IMG/VR virus record: IMGVR_UViG_3300025704_001538
Coordinates: 8,960-72,959 of that record
Strand: one strand, 5' to 3'
DNA length: 64,000 nucleotides
Source of the DNA: a virus
In this document: positions 10,701 through 20,298 of the stretch, piece by piece
Numbering within the stretch: position 1 is the stretch's first letter
How the letters are laid out: every line of letters begins with the position of its first letter
Position numbers and translations under genes: made by a program
The notes under the pieces: model-generated
What the model was told of the DNA's origin: nothing
Seen by the model: the letters and a program-made list of their open reading frames with translations, nothing else
The model's database searches: none

Positions 10701-12932
10701 ATTAAATAAACCATTCATACCCGCGTCACCAAAATACATACGTCTTCGATTCATTAAATTTAACGCCTGTGCCCAAGTGGGGTTATATTGGTATGCCCAT
10801 CTTATCTTATATTTCTCATCATATACGTCTTTATAAACGGGGTATGCCGGTGATTTATACCACTCGAATTGGTCGTTTTTATTACCATTGTTTGGTACAT
10901 TAGCGTCATTTTCTTTTATTATATTTTTATAAAAACTGTTATTATCATCTCTATTATCATATCCCGAACCAAGCAACCTTTTTGACAACCTAAATAAGTA
11001 CGAGTTATCAAGTACTTCTCCACTACCGTAATCATTAACACATGACTGATTAAGGTCTGGGTCATACACATAAGCGTTACTAGATGTCGCATCTATAATT
11101 GCACCGAAAGCAAAATTAGCTTCAGTTTCAGCCGCAGACTGTTCCTGCTCACTACTATTATCGGTACTTTTTGTAGTACACTCACAAGCCTCACAGTCTG
11201 GATACGATAACATAGGTAGTGCTATAGTTTTAAACGGGTTCTCTTTTGGTAATGGCGTTAGTGTTGATTTTTGACAGTCTAAGTTTACCCCAGGTATCCA
11301 AGCGACCGCTTTACATAATGCATATATAATACCATTAATTATTGCGACTATAATGTTTATTATTATTCTTAGTATCGGGTAAAGAAATGCAAGAACGTGT
11401 GAGATTATAATTAAAGTAATTAATGGTACTGTTATAATACTTAATAAGAAGTTAAATATAAAAATGAAAGGACTCCCACTTCTAACGGCATCGTTAACTG
11501 GTGGAGTGTTATTAAGTGACTTACAACTGTCATCATTAATCTGTTTAATTCCTAAATGTTTTTTTCTATTGAATCCCCATTTAAACCTGTCAATATTACT
11601 CGCAACCGTATAAACTTTATTATAATTAAATTCATAGAAACTATCATTACAATTTATTGCGGAATCACTGTCATAATAGTCCTCCCAATCTAAAGAAAAG
11701 GCATATGATTTATTTCTTTTCTCTTCTGATGGTAAATCGTCAATCGTACTACCCGACCAACCATGTTCTTTAATATTAGGCACTAGAAAGTTAGCTCGTA
11801 TAACATCTTCTTCTAACCCACCTTCATTTTGATACTTTATTTTAAACCTATATTTACCTTTTGTTGGGATTCCGTTTTTTGGGTCTATTGAAATTATCTG
11901 CTCCCCAAATTCATTTGTGGTGACGTAGTTTAGGTTCATAGGTAGGTCTATTAACCAAACACCCTCATCATCAATTACATTTCCACCCTCTTCAAGTTTA
12001 TACTCTTCTATAATAGGTTTACCACTAAAATCAACGTCAATTGTTTGTCTAATAGCCAAAATTTGACCCGGACCAGTTTCTAAATTACATAAACCACCTG
12101 TTTTATTTTTTGGTTTACAATTGGCCCTTAGGTATTGGTCTTTTACTGTTGATATTAAAGACCCCATAAATATTGATGTCGGTTTTATTTCAATCCCCTC
12201 ATCTCTCAAGTCAAAATCAGTACGGGTTAATCCTACATCACACAAGTCGTTCTCACCCCAAAACGGATAAACTTCAATTTCTTTAACAACATTCACTAAT
12301 TGTGGTAAACTATTTAAGTCTTCACTTGCTTTAAACTGTTGACCGTTAAACTGAGTTTCAACTCCTCTACCCATCCTAATTAAATCTGCAGGTCTTAATG
12401 AAAACTGACCAATATTAGAAAGGTCTAAGTCCATTACTATTTTTTGCTGACCTAAAGGAACACCAAAAATCATAAAATCTCCCGATTCATTAGTTTTTAC
12501 AGTGTATTTGTAATACTTCTCATAAACTTGTAAAACTTCACTCCTAGTTAAAACATCATCTCTAGATGGGAATGTCCCTGTCGGTGTATGCCCCCCGTAT
12601 TGTTGTTCGTAAGGTAATAAGTTATATCTATACCCATCTTCATTCTTATCTATTATTTTTTTATAAGGGTAAAGTGTAGAAATTATCGGGTCATTAGCGT
12701 CTTCATTATCTAGTGGGACAAATATTGAAATGTTGACGTTCGGAACTCCGAAGCCTCCATTAACTACTACCCTACCAGCGACAACACCATAATCCGCACA
12801 AAACCTATCATACAAATCCTCTTGTCTAAACTTTAATGACAAAACTTCTAAGAAATCAAAGTCCTGGTCAATATTGAGTCTGACTTCTTTGTCGACCCCT
12901 ACTTCTGTTCTAAACCTATATGATTTTGACAT
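7761..12932 (-). CDS. Large putative baseplate/tail-associated protein with a hydrophobic membrane-like segment
   Basis: 1723 aa; N-terminal beta-sandwich-like GRVVVNGGFGVPNVNISIF; ~60-aa hydrophobic stretch followed by YPDCEACEC; preceded by TATTTAT. Confidence 0.55.
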   Translation of the reverse strand: MSKSYRFRTEVGVDKEVRLNIDQDFDFLEVLSLKFRQEDLYDRFCADYGVVAGRVVVNGGFGVPNVNISIFVPLDNEDANDPIISTLYPYKKIIDKNEDGYRYNLLPYEQQYGGHTPTGTFPSRDDVLTRSEVLQVYEKYYKYTVKTNESGDFMIFGVPLGQQKIVMDLDLSNIGQFSLRPADLIRMGRGVETQFNGQQFKASEDLNSLPQLVNVVKEIEVYPFWGENDLCDVGLTRTDFDLRDEGIEIKPTSIFMGSLISTVKDQYLRANCKPKNKTGGLCNLETGPGQILAIRQTIDVDFSGKPIIEEYKLEEGGNVIDDEGVWLIDLPMNLNYVTTNEFGEQIISIDPKNGIPTKGKYRFKIKYQNEGGLEEDVIRANFLVPNIKEHGWSGSTIDDLPSEEKRNKSYAFSLDWEDYYDSDSAINCNDSFYEFNYNKVYTVASNIDRFKWGFNRKKHLGIKQINDDSCKSLNNTPPVNDAVRSGSPFIFIFNFLLSIITVPLITLIIISHVLAFLYPILRIIINIIVAIINGIIYALCKAVAWIPGVNLDCQKSTLTPLPKENPFKTIALPMLSYPDCEACECTTKSTDNSSEQEQSAAETEANFAFGAIIDATSSNAYVYDPDLNQSCVNDYGSGEVLDNSYLFRLSKRLLGSGYDNRDDNNSFYKNIIKENDANVPNNGNKNDQFEWYKSPAYPVYKDVYDEKYKIRWAYQYNPTWAQALNLMNRRRMYFGDAGMNGLFNNMPGGSNYSSRKTTNRIQVSCVNDDFGPQNGAPWTDMCNVFLFDPGTNLTTGSLMTFNDLNEINDPNVNTYENGNQFGNESITGSTNGNPNTYTQVEVPYVQANGQTGVGYANLINTSTTSYYTFKSGVEYFQVLTSMTLNEMSTQLKEFENDALLKKFVRTYRSKINCKQEASEEEGFISNLKVTESYDDYENIVVAFFVRGVDVYTPRQKMRYDLSKLFGFGINGQNDYVGARVVEGDYYMNIPIQPNGGGSGDEWWTNSESPTPHYEIDSPGSLKWYSSNNGGGSGNWSDANKLYHSSYTFTPNSSNWQPFKTYSFNKYCSLDGQISNAMPGYMGDFGVSLPDENFPESGLNPWMQKRIEGCGYQYADFVGTSNNKKRRELGSSAHRITSVSPLYLPKNYEQNGDGTYPNGVPHTWMSQSNKIVFRSDRLPSSDFFENFESDAKEFRRYTLHMNNIQKTYFISDDGVITTPEGEVIGAADGSGNSADDLEDANSTVANVISSFSCGGMVPLGCYEGDGEDFDISSPCYLSENEVWTGPERVVNGCYQFVIKRVIISIPRDILMFFEWRVRIRFMYALCQGIIGEMFQNNWLNGTLYMPAIQKQTLFNSDNEPTRYRYCGDPQQFWDNRKNQGPLYFNTDTNSFFYRSTPYDDESNQFVGQEPGRNYYTGQNKKNIWSPTTIMELGPRDEFTKEISFSPEFEGYFIDLVTSSSYKDISTIINLFAVSRLANAGFLETLLGAGDASVGAIFSREFDTIADGTAFADFITNPFDSRVDGDFAQMISINSEFGVIPYLDGNYEDSITVQDDRFGIWFSSNTQNRRLITNGVTTFGTEVEGPTNSFGYPNSQVIPFYMWRIKDNGLFGTEQNTWETSCIYASTYQGDDFFEGSGKYMKPNSGYGLGYIYNRSSSDSELDEFPVNSPNSCEDSSGGVISDLLSDDLAKGNFKVGNPFHFYFGLRRGKTAMNRYIKKYIFNLE

Positions 12933-12946
12933 AAAATACTTTTAAG

Positions 12947-12953
12947 ATAAATA
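12947..12953 (-). promoter_or_regulatory. TATTTAT putative late-promoter motif
   Basis: 14 nt upstream of the ATG at 12932; recurs before 15 genes. Confidence 0.6.
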
Positions 12954-13002
12954 GTTATTCATCTTAATTTTAATTTTAAAAAAATAAAAGTATATGAATG
13001 CG

Positions 13003-14841
13003 TTATGAGAACTCTACGTTCTTAAGTTGTTTGATTCTGACTTTAATATCTTTTTCAGGAAACCTTATCTGATATATCTGATTAGGTTGTGCAAAAATAG
13101 TATCATCTATCAACTCAATTTGTTTAGAATTTTTATTAACGTATCTTTGAGATGTCTCGGACGATGAGTATTGACCTCCTGTTTTATTAAACACTTTTAA
13201 ATCCGCCAATGTACTAACTCCTGGTATATCTTGTATAATTCTTCTAATGTCAGATATGTTAACATTTTTACCTAATAAATTAGTCATCGGAGATAAGTAA
13301 GATTCGACACTATTAACTATACTAGTTACAACCTGTCCTTGGTTTTCTGTGGATGTCATAGCAACACTGAACTCAAACTCTAAATCAATAACATCAGCAC
13401 TCCGTATAGATATGTAATCATTTATCATACGATAATTAGAAAGGTAGTTAGCAATATTATCTTTTAATGTTTTAGACACATTACTAGTTAACTTTCTGTT
13501 TGAGTCGTATGATAATACTTCAATTTTTATCTTATTATCTTCCTCAACAATCGCAGCCTTTGCAGGTGCACCAAATCTACTTGGCATCGTTCTTATTAAA
13601 GAATTATAGTCGTTTATAGTAACCGCTCTTTTTTGTGCTGAAAAGTTATAAGTTACCATATTTCTAACCTCTTCTGTTGTAGGTAAGTCACCTCCTCCGA
13701 TAGCGGCGGTTACATTATTACATCTTAAACTTTGAATTACATTCTGATTAATGTTCTGTGATGGTCCGTTTACCGCAAAATTTACATTACCGATTTGATT
13801 AATCGTATTAACCCCTATATTTGATGTCGCACCACCTCCGATTCTATATTTAACAAATAATGTCGTATTCGCTTTAACTGTTTTACCAAGTGCAATGTTG
13901 TTTTGATAATCCTGTAACCTTAATGGTATCCCCGTTCTTGCAAACTCGGCAAGTTGGTCGTCAGCGGTTACGGTAGCACTACCAAATTGGACTCTACAAT
14001 ATCCTTCAGGTGTGTATTCGGATATAAATCTGTTTTCAGTCTCTATATATTTTCCGACTTTTATACCTGGATTGTCTGACGCCTTACTTGGGTCTTCAAC
14101 AAATACCGTATTTTCTGCTAACGCATCGACCTCATACCATTTATCGGGTGAAGTGATAAACTCATCATATGTCGGCGGACTAGAATAGGATGTCCCATCT
14201 TTTTGAATTAAAGATGTTATACTTATTACATTTTTTTCAGGTAAAAAGAAATCGTAAAATGGTTTTACATCGTTACTATTAATTACTTTTTTGAAAACCT
14301 TTGTAGTTCCATTAACAACCACTTCTCTTTTTGTGATGGTATAATTTACTATTCTATTATTAGAATCAAAGTTCGGTATTTTAGTTCTGTTTGGAAACCC
14401 TTTACTATTATACTGAGTACTAAAATCAATATCGTCTTGATTTTCGAATATCTGACCAGCACCTATGAACTGAGAGCCCGACCTTATAATTCCTAAATAT
14501 CTACTATCTTCTTGGTCCCCAAAAGCAGGTACGGTTATAGAAACGTCAACCAACGCAATTGACGGTCGGTTTCCAGGTATCTTTAGTCCGTATGTTCTTG
14601 CTATATTATATATAGATGATTTTTGTTGAGCATACTGTAGAACAGTTTCTTGAACACTTCTGTCAATGTGATAATGTAAATTATCTCCAATTGCAGCGTT
14701 TAAATCTAAAAATACAGAATAAACTGACGCATCATTAAAATTATCAATTAATTCAGGATAATATTGACGTGTAAAATTAATAAGGTCTTGCCTTAGTCCT
14801 TCAAAATCTCTATCTGTGTATGATATTTTACGATTAGCCAT
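13003..14841 (-). CDS. Baseplate wedge subunit (T4 gp6 / baseplate J-like)
   Basis: N-terminal YTDRDFEGLRQDLINF...YP...DNFNDAS; KYRIGGGATSN; AQKRAVTINDY; adjacent to a gp25-like gene. Confidence 0.85.
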   Translation of the reverse strand: MANRKISYTDRDFEGLRQDLINFTRQYYPELIDNFNDASVYSVFLDLNAAIGDNLHYHIDRSVQETVLQYAQQKSSIYNIARTYGLKIPGNRPSIALVDVSITVPAFGDQEDSRYLGIIRSGSQFIGAGQIFENQDDIDFSTQYNSKGFPNRTKIPNFDSNNRIVNYTITKREVVVNGTTKVFKKVINSNDVKPFYDFFLPEKNVISITSLIQKDGTSYSSPPTYDEFITSPDKWYEVDALAENTVFVEDPSKASDNPGIKVGKYIETENRFISEYTPEGYCRVQFGSATVTADDQLAEFARTGIPLRLQDYQNNIALGKTVKANTTLFVKYRIGGGATSNIGVNTINQIGNVNFAVNGPSQNINQNVIQSLRCNNVTAAIGGGDLPTTEEVRNMVTYNFSAQKRAVTINDYNSLIRTMPSRFGAPAKAAIVEEDNKIKIEVLSYDSNRKLTSNVSKTLKDNIANYLSNYRMINDYISIRSADVIDLEFEFSVAMTSTENQGQVVTSIVNSVESYLSPMTNLLGKNVNISDIRRIIQDIPGVSTLADLKVFNKTGGQYSSSETSQRYVNKNSKQIELIDDTIFAQPNQIYQIRFPEKDIKVRIKQLKNVEFS

Positions 14842-14846
14842 TTACC

Positions 14847-15326
14847 TTAAATATTAATAATAATGAAATCTCTCGTATCAAATGTACTATCTTTGATTGA
14901 ATAGTCTATTTTAACTTTGGCGGTGTACTCTTCAACCCCCTCACCCGCTGTTCTAAATATATCAAACATTTCATATGTTGAGCTCTGGTCCTCGACGTTT
15001 AAATCACCTATAGGACTCTTATCATCCTCACTATATGGTTCAATTGTGATATCATTTATCTGTAGGTTAGGTATGTATTTATCACACGCTATTTGTATAT
15101 CTGACTTTATTGCGTCAAATGTAGGTCCATCCATAGGTTCAAAAATAAACTCATATATTCTAGTTCCAAAATCAGGTAAATAATATCTACTACCCTTTCT
15201 TGTTAATATTAAATGAAGTAAATCTGCCCTTACTTCTTCAGGTACATTTTCTGTTAAGTCTAAGTAAGTACCGTCAGTACTTTCTCTAAAAGGAAAATTT
15301 ACACCATAAGTTTTCTTTATCGCCAT
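14847..15326 (-). CDS. Baseplate wedge protein, gp25/GPW-like
   Basis: LLHLILTRKGSRYYLPDFGTRIYEFIFEP gp25 signature. Confidence 0.85.
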   Translation of the reverse strand: MAIKKTYGVNFPFRESTDGTYLDLTENVPEEVRADLLHLILTRKGSRYYLPDFGTRIYEFIFEPMDGPTFDAIKSDIQIACDKYIPNLQINDITIEPYSEDDKSPIGDLNVEDQSSTYEMFDIFRTAGEGVEEYTAKVKIDYSIKDSTFDTRDFIIINI

Positions 15327-15330
15327 AACA

Positions 15331-15337
15331 ATAAATA
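15331..15337 (-). promoter_or_regulatory. TATTTAT putative late-promoter motif
   Basis: 4 nt upstream of the gp25-like ATG, just downstream of the nrdA terminator. Confidence 0.6.
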
Positions 15338-15356
15338 TAACTTAGAGTATTTTTAT

Positions 15357-15388
15357 AAAAAAACCCGTGTTAAACACGGGTCTTTTTT
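15357..15388. terminator. Intrinsic terminator after nrdA (bidirectional architecture)
   Basis: ACCCGTGT-TAA-ACACGGGT stem flanked by an A-run and a T-run. Confidence 0.85.
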
Positions 15389-17094
15389 TATCCTTCACAT
15401 GCGACACATTGTAGGTCATTTAAATTCAACTTCTTTCTTGCAAATGCCTGAGCCGAGTTCATTGAGTGTTGGTAGTATAGTGTTTTAACTCCTAACTTCC
15501 ATGAATCAATCAATAACTTATTAACATCTCTTGTCGGCATATCAGGAGATACCATTAAGTTTAATGACTGCGATTGGTCAATGTATTGTTGTCTGACCGC
15601 AGCCTGATTAATTATTGACGCTTGATTGATTTCTGAAAAAGTTCTAAAAACATCTTTTTGCTCGTCACTTAAAAAATCTAAGTGTTGTACTGAACCGTCT
15701 TTCTTTTTAATCGTATCCCACACTTCTTTAGTGTCTTTCCCTATTTCAAGTAACAGGGTTTTAAGTATTGGGTTCTTAATCGTGACTTTCATTTTAGCAA
15801 CGTCTTTTACATAACAGTTAGACCATATAGGTTCGATTGACTGTGACACTTGACCTAAAATAAACGCGGATGATGTTGTCGGAGCAATCGCGTTAAGTGT
15901 AACGTTTCTGCGCCCATAACCCTTAAGATATTCAGGTTCTCCAAATTTTTCAGCTAGCTCAGAAGATGCGTTGTATGATTTTTCTTTGATGTTTTTAAAT
16001 ACCTCTACATTCAATCTTGCACTTTCTTTAGTGTCAAACCCCAACCCTTTCGATTGGAGTAGTGAATGCCACCCTAAAACACCTAATCCTAACGCTCTTT
16101 GTCTTTTAGCGAAGTTGTATGCCTTCTCCAAGTAGAAGAATGCCCTATTACCTTCAATAGAACCGTCAGATTTTAGGTCTTCAATTTTAGTTAAAAACTC
16201 AGTAACAACCGCGTCAAGAAAGTAAGTCATAGTTTCAACCGCATCTGTGTCTTTCCATTCGTCATAATGTAGAGCGTTCATAGATGACAATACACAAACA
16301 AAAGATTCTTCTTCTGAATTGTGAAGTGCAATTTCAGAACAAAGGTTAGAATTATAAATTTTAGCCCCTTTATCTCTATATACATCGGGAGAGTTGTTAT
16401 TCATAGTATCACTAAACATGATATATGGATAACCAATTTCACCTCGTCTCTGAATTACTTTAGCCCAAATTGCTCTCTTCTCTTCGTCACCCCCAATCAT
16501 TTCTTTCATGAAGTCATCACTAACAGTTACTGCATGTGTTAAATCTTGAATAGGGAACCCTTCAGTACCGATTTCAAGGAACTCCATAATATCAGGGTGC
16601 TCTACAGGTAAGTAAGGTGAAAAACGACCTCTTCGAGTAGCTCCTTGTGAGATGTTATCAACGACACTTTCGAATAAATTCATAAAGTGAACCGCTCCAG
16701 GCGCTTGCCCGTTATCGGTAATATATGCACCTCTTTCACGAATATTTCCAAAGTAACCTGAAGTTCCTCCACCCATTTTACTCATTTCACCAACTTCCGC
16801 CTGTGTAAACAAAATGGATTCAATATTGTCACCAATGTTAGACCCAAAACAACTAACGGGTAGTCCCCTCTTTTTTCCAAAATTAGCCCAAACAGGTGAT
16901 GATAACGAATACCATCCCTTACCCATATATTCATAAAATTTATCAGCAAATCCTTCGATTCCTAATATTTTCTCTGCATGGTCTGCAATTGTTCTAATTC
17001 TTTCTAAAGGTTCCTCTCCCTCACTTAAATACCCTCTACGTAAAAAGGTTATGGATTCTTCATTAATCCAATCAAAAAGTTTTCTATTTTTCAT
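15388..17094 (-). CDS. nrdA: Ribonucleotide reductase class I alpha subunit, no ATP-cone
   Basis: PVSCF, NSNLCSEI catalytic Cys, VCVLSS, APTTSS, TLYYQ Tyr pair and C-terminal CVACEG. Confidence 0.95.
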   Translation of the reverse strand: MKNRKLFDWINEESITFLRRGYLSEGEEPLERIRTIADHAEKILGIEGFADKFYEYMGKGWYSLSSPVWANFGKKRGLPVSCFGSNIGDNIESILFTQAEVGEMSKMGGGTSGYFGNIRERGAYITDNGQAPGAVHFMNLFESVVDNISQGATRRGRFSPYLPVEHPDIMEFLEIGTEGFPIQDLTHAVTVSDDFMKEMIGGDEEKRAIWAKVIQRRGEIGYPYIMFSDTMNNNSPDVYRDKGAKIYNSNLCSEIALHNSEEESFVCVLSSMNALHYDEWKDTDAVETMTYFLDAVVTEFLTKIEDLKSDGSIEGNRAFFYLEKAYNFAKRQRALGLGVLGWHSLLQSKGLGFDTKESARLNVEVFKNIKEKSYNASSELAEKFGEPEYLKGYGRRNVTLNAIAPTTSSAFILGQVSQSIEPIWSNCYVKDVAKMKVTIKNPILKTLLLEIGKDTKEVWDTIKKKDGSVQHLDFLSDEQKDVFRTFSEINQASIINQAAVRQQYIDQSQSLNLMVSPDMPTRDVNKLLIDSWKLGVKTLYYQHSMNSAQAFARKKLNLNDLQCVACEG

Positions 17095-17113
17095 TTTTTA
17101 TATCATAATTAAA

Positions 17114-18394
17114 TTAAAATAAGTCGTTTGACGTAATCGATTTTGATTTCTTACTATAATTAATACTTCTTTTATTGAAGAAATCTGTATGTTTTGTTGT
17201 TAAAATTTCATCATCAAACCATTCAGTAGTCTCAAGTAATGTTTCATTTACGGTGAATATACTATCAATACCGATTGAGTTTAATGATACGTTAAATCTG
17301 TGTTTTATAAACTCCATAGTTTGTTTTTTAGTTAGGAAGTCTAAGTCTCCTTTCTCAAAAATCCAATTGACAATCTCGATTTCTGCGTCACACGCTTCCA
17401 ATGTCGCATCAATTAAATCTTCAACTAACTCTTCTGTCCACCAATGTGGATTTTCCTTCTTAATTAAGTTTACTAAGTCAAATCCAAAACTAGCGTGAAT
17501 ATTCTCTTCCTTAGATGTCGCCTCAACAGCGTTACTAATACCCTTTAACATATTCTTGTGTTTGTTAAATGACATAATAACTAAGAACTGTGAGAATAGT
17601 GATACGTTCTCAATAAACATCGAGAATAGTATTACGGACTCAAAGTATTCCTTGTTCTCAACACTTTTTGAGTTTGAAATGGATTTTTCTAAATATTTAA
17701 TTCTTCTTCTAATCGCGGGTACCTGCATTAGACTTTCAAATTCTTTGTTTAAACCTAACAACTGTATTAGGTGTGAATAAGCATCAGCATGTCTTACTTC
17801 TGACTCCGCGAATGTAGCTCCTACGTTACCGATTTCTGGTTTTGGCATCCTTTTATATATGTCCCCCCAAAATGTTTTAACGGCAATCTCAATCTGAGAA
17901 ATTGCCAACATCGCTCTTTCAAGTGCAGATTTTTCTTTTTCATCTAAGTGCACTTTAAAATCCTGTATATCTGAAGTAAAATTAAACTCTGTATGTACCC
18001 AGTATGAATGTCTAATTGCATCGACAAACTCATTTAACTCAGGATAATCATAAGGTTTTAAATTAACTCTTTTCGAAAATATATCAGGTCTATTCTTAGC
18101 CCTATATACAATATACTCTTTTGCCACTTCGTTAAGTCCGTTATCCATTAGTTTGTTCTCAACCATATCATGAATATCGTCAACATGTGGTATTCTTTCT
18201 TTATCGTTTCTAAACAACGCCTTCGCAGTAATACGAGCGATTTTCTCCGCCATTACCTCATCGACCTGATTAGTACTCTTCATTGCTTTTAAAACCGCAA
18301 CTTCAATTTTTTCAGTTTTAAAAACGACTTTATCGCCACTTCTTTTTATTACATAGCGCATATCTGTCTCTATTTTATTCATTAGATTCTCCAT
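17114..18394 (-). CDS. nrdB: Ribonucleotide reductase beta subunit with N-terminal ATP-cone (class Id-like)
   Basis: ATP-cone VIKRSG...KIEVAV...IHDMVENKLM...AKEYIVYR; ferritin-like SQIEIAVKTFWG, EVRHADAY, ENVSLFSQF, EENIH; C-terminal HTDFFNKRSINY. Confidence 0.93.
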   Translation of the reverse strand: MENLMNKIETDMRYVIKRSGDKVVFKTEKIEVAVLKAMKSTNQVDEVMAEKIARITAKALFRNDKERIPHVDDIHDMVENKLMDNGLNEVAKEYIVYRAKNRPDIFSKRVNLKPYDYPELNEFVDAIRHSYWVHTEFNFTSDIQDFKVHLDEKEKSALERAMLAISQIEIAVKTFWGDIYKRMPKPEIGNVGATFAESEVRHADAYSHLIQLLGLNKEFESLMQVPAIRRRIKYLEKSISNSKSVENKEYFESVILFSMFIENVSLFSQFLVIMSFNKHKNMLKGISNAVEATSKEENIHASFGFDLVNLIKKENPHWWTEELVEDLIDATLEACDAEIEIVNWIFEKGDLDFLTKKQTMEFIKHRFNVSLNSIGIDSIFTVNETLLETTEWFDDEILTTKHTDFFNKRSINYSKKSKSITSNDLF

Positions 18395-18410
18395 CTTTTA
18401 AGACAATTAA

Positions 18411-19790
18411 TTAAGATTTATTTTCTTTTTGTTTCCTTTTTTCAAGAAGTTCACGGATTCTTTCTTTGTTTTTTTCCTCCTTTTGTTCTTCAAGACCAAG
18501 GAACGTAACACTTTGTTCAGTATCAATTACTATCATCTCGTTATCAAACTTACAGTTTTCAAACACAATTCCATCTTTACCGATACGTGATTTAGTAATC
18601 GCAATAGTAGCTAAGTTCATTTCTTTTTGTTGTAATGATTTAGCGACTGAGATAATAACGTGACCTACCTGTGCTTTTTTAATTGAACCTCCCATTTGGT
18701 CCGTGGTAACAACTTCAGAGGAAATAGAACTTCTATTACCTTGAGTTGCCGTCCAACCAACTAAGTTCAATTCGTGACACATGGACTCGAAACCCCTCAT
18801 AACCGAACCTTCACTTTTCCATTCATCCCCTAAGTTCTTATCAGGAACAACACAATCGATATAATCTAAAACGACTAAATCTATTTTTGTTCCCTCAGCA
18901 GTCATCTTACGAATCTGATTTTTAATCTGATTCATTGTAAGAGTATCTGATGGTAGTTTTTTAAGAACTAATTTGTTAGGTGCATTTTCTCTGATTTCCT
19001 GAACTTTATTTATTACTTTGTCTTTATGCATTGACAGTAAATCGGGTGCTATTTCAGTCCATAGAGTAAAATGTTTCCTTTGAATAATTTTAGGATTGTC
19101 TTCAAAGAAAATTTGAAGAACGTTATATCCTAAGTTGAATGCGTGGTTTGAAATCTTTGTGAGGAAGGTAGATTTACCAACACCCGTTGGTGCTAATATA
19201 ACTCCTATTTCCCCTTTTGCCATTCCACCTTTAAGTAGGTTGTCGATACCCGGTATCCCCATAGGGATTGGGTGCCTAAAGTCTTCTTCAAGTACCTCTT
19301 CAAGGTTAGTAAAAACCTCAGAAGTACCTGTATCTACTTCCCCAACTTGTAAGGCTTCCCTCACCATTTCCTCCAAGTGGTCATAAGACTCAAAATCACC
19401 TTTATCGATGATTTTTTGAGCCCTAGACATAACCTTCTGAAGTTCTTGTTGTTTGCAAAATTTAAGACCTTTTTCCTGAACGAAGGTTTCTCCTTCAGCA
19501 GGGGCTTCTTTAACTTGCTCTAACATATCAAGAACCATCTTCTGAGCCATAGGAGATGAGACTTCTGACTTAATAAGTTGTTCAAGGGTATTGTATGAAG
19601 GTGTATGTTCATACTTTTGGTAATACTCCTTTAGGACCTGCATAATCAACTTAAAATACTGATTATCAAAATATTTAGGTTCAATCACGTCAACAATAGA
19701 AGTAGCAAAGTCCTTATAAAGAACGATGTTATTTAATAACTGAATTTGAAATGTGTTTCCGAGATATCCGAAATTTTTTTCTTTCGACAT
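18411..19790 (-). CDS. DnaB-like replicative helicase (T4 gp41-like)
   Basis: Walker A APTGVGKST, Walker B VVLDYID, TATQGNR and KSRIG. Confidence 0.9.
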   Translation of the reverse strand: MSKEKNFGYLGNTFQIQLLNNIVLYKDFATSIVDVIEPKYFDNQYFKLIMQVLKEYYQKYEHTPSYNTLEQLIKSEVSSPMAQKMVLDMLEQVKEAPAEGETFVQEKGLKFCKQQELQKVMSRAQKIIDKGDFESYDHLEEMVREALQVGEVDTGTSEVFTNLEEVLEEDFRHPIPMGIPGIDNLLKGGMAKGEIGVILAPTGVGKSTFLTKISNHAFNLGYNVLQIFFEDNPKIIQRKHFTLWTEIAPDLLSMHKDKVINKVQEIRENAPNKLVLKKLPSDTLTMNQIKNQIRKMTAEGTKIDLVVLDYIDCVVPDKNLGDEWKSEGSVMRGFESMCHELNLVGWTATQGNRSSISSEVVTTDQMGGSIKKAQVGHVIISVAKSLQQKEMNLATIAITKSRIGKDGIVFENCKFDNEMIVIDTEQSVTFLGLEEQKEEKNKERIRELLEKRKQKENKS

Positions 19791-19820
19791 GTTGATTGTG
19801 ATTACTAATAATGTGTCTTA

Positions 19821-19827
19821 ATAAATA
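19821..19827 (-). promoter_or_regulatory. TATTTAT motif upstream of the helicase gene
   Basis: Intergenic, 30 nt upstream of the ATG at 19790. Confidence 0.45.
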
Positions 19828-19830
19828 TAT

Positions 19831-20286
19831 TCAAGAAAGGGTATATTCCATATAATTCTGTGTCAATTTGTCAGAAGAAAAAACTTCAGTCAAGGACTTC
19901 AGAATGGACTTTAAATGAGGTCTTACGTCAACCGTGTACCTAATCTTCGGTGGGTATCTCTTGCCGTCCCAACCTCGATGCATGATAACTTCGTCATTAT
20001 ATTTAACATAGATGTTAAATACCTCGTCATCATCAGTCATAGAGGTGTCTAAAATTTTTGGGTCAGACATAATCTGATACTGGTTCTCCAGCATGTACCA
20101 AATTGTTTTAGATTTCAAATCGCCATGAATTTTCATATATACGTCATTAACTGCGTCAGCTAATTCCATACTATTTTTAGCGTCTACGTTAAATCCTTTA
20201 ACATTGTAATACCTCTGTACAATGATATTGTCATTCAATGTGAGTAGAAACTCCATCTTAGTAATGTCATTCTTTTCTTTACTCAT
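19831..20286 (-). CDS. Hypothetical protein in the replication operon
   Basis: 151-aa ORF between the exonuclease and helicase genes. Confidence 0.6.
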   Translation of the reverse strand: MSKEKNDITKMEFLLTLNDNIIVQRYYNVKGFNVDAKNSMELADAVNDVYMKIHGDLKSKTIWYMLENQYQIMSDPKILDTSMTDDDEVFNIYVKYNDEVIMHRGWDGKRYPPKIRYTVDVRPHLKSILKSLTEVFSSDKLTQNYMEYTLS

Positions 20287-20298
20287 TTTTTGTTTTTT

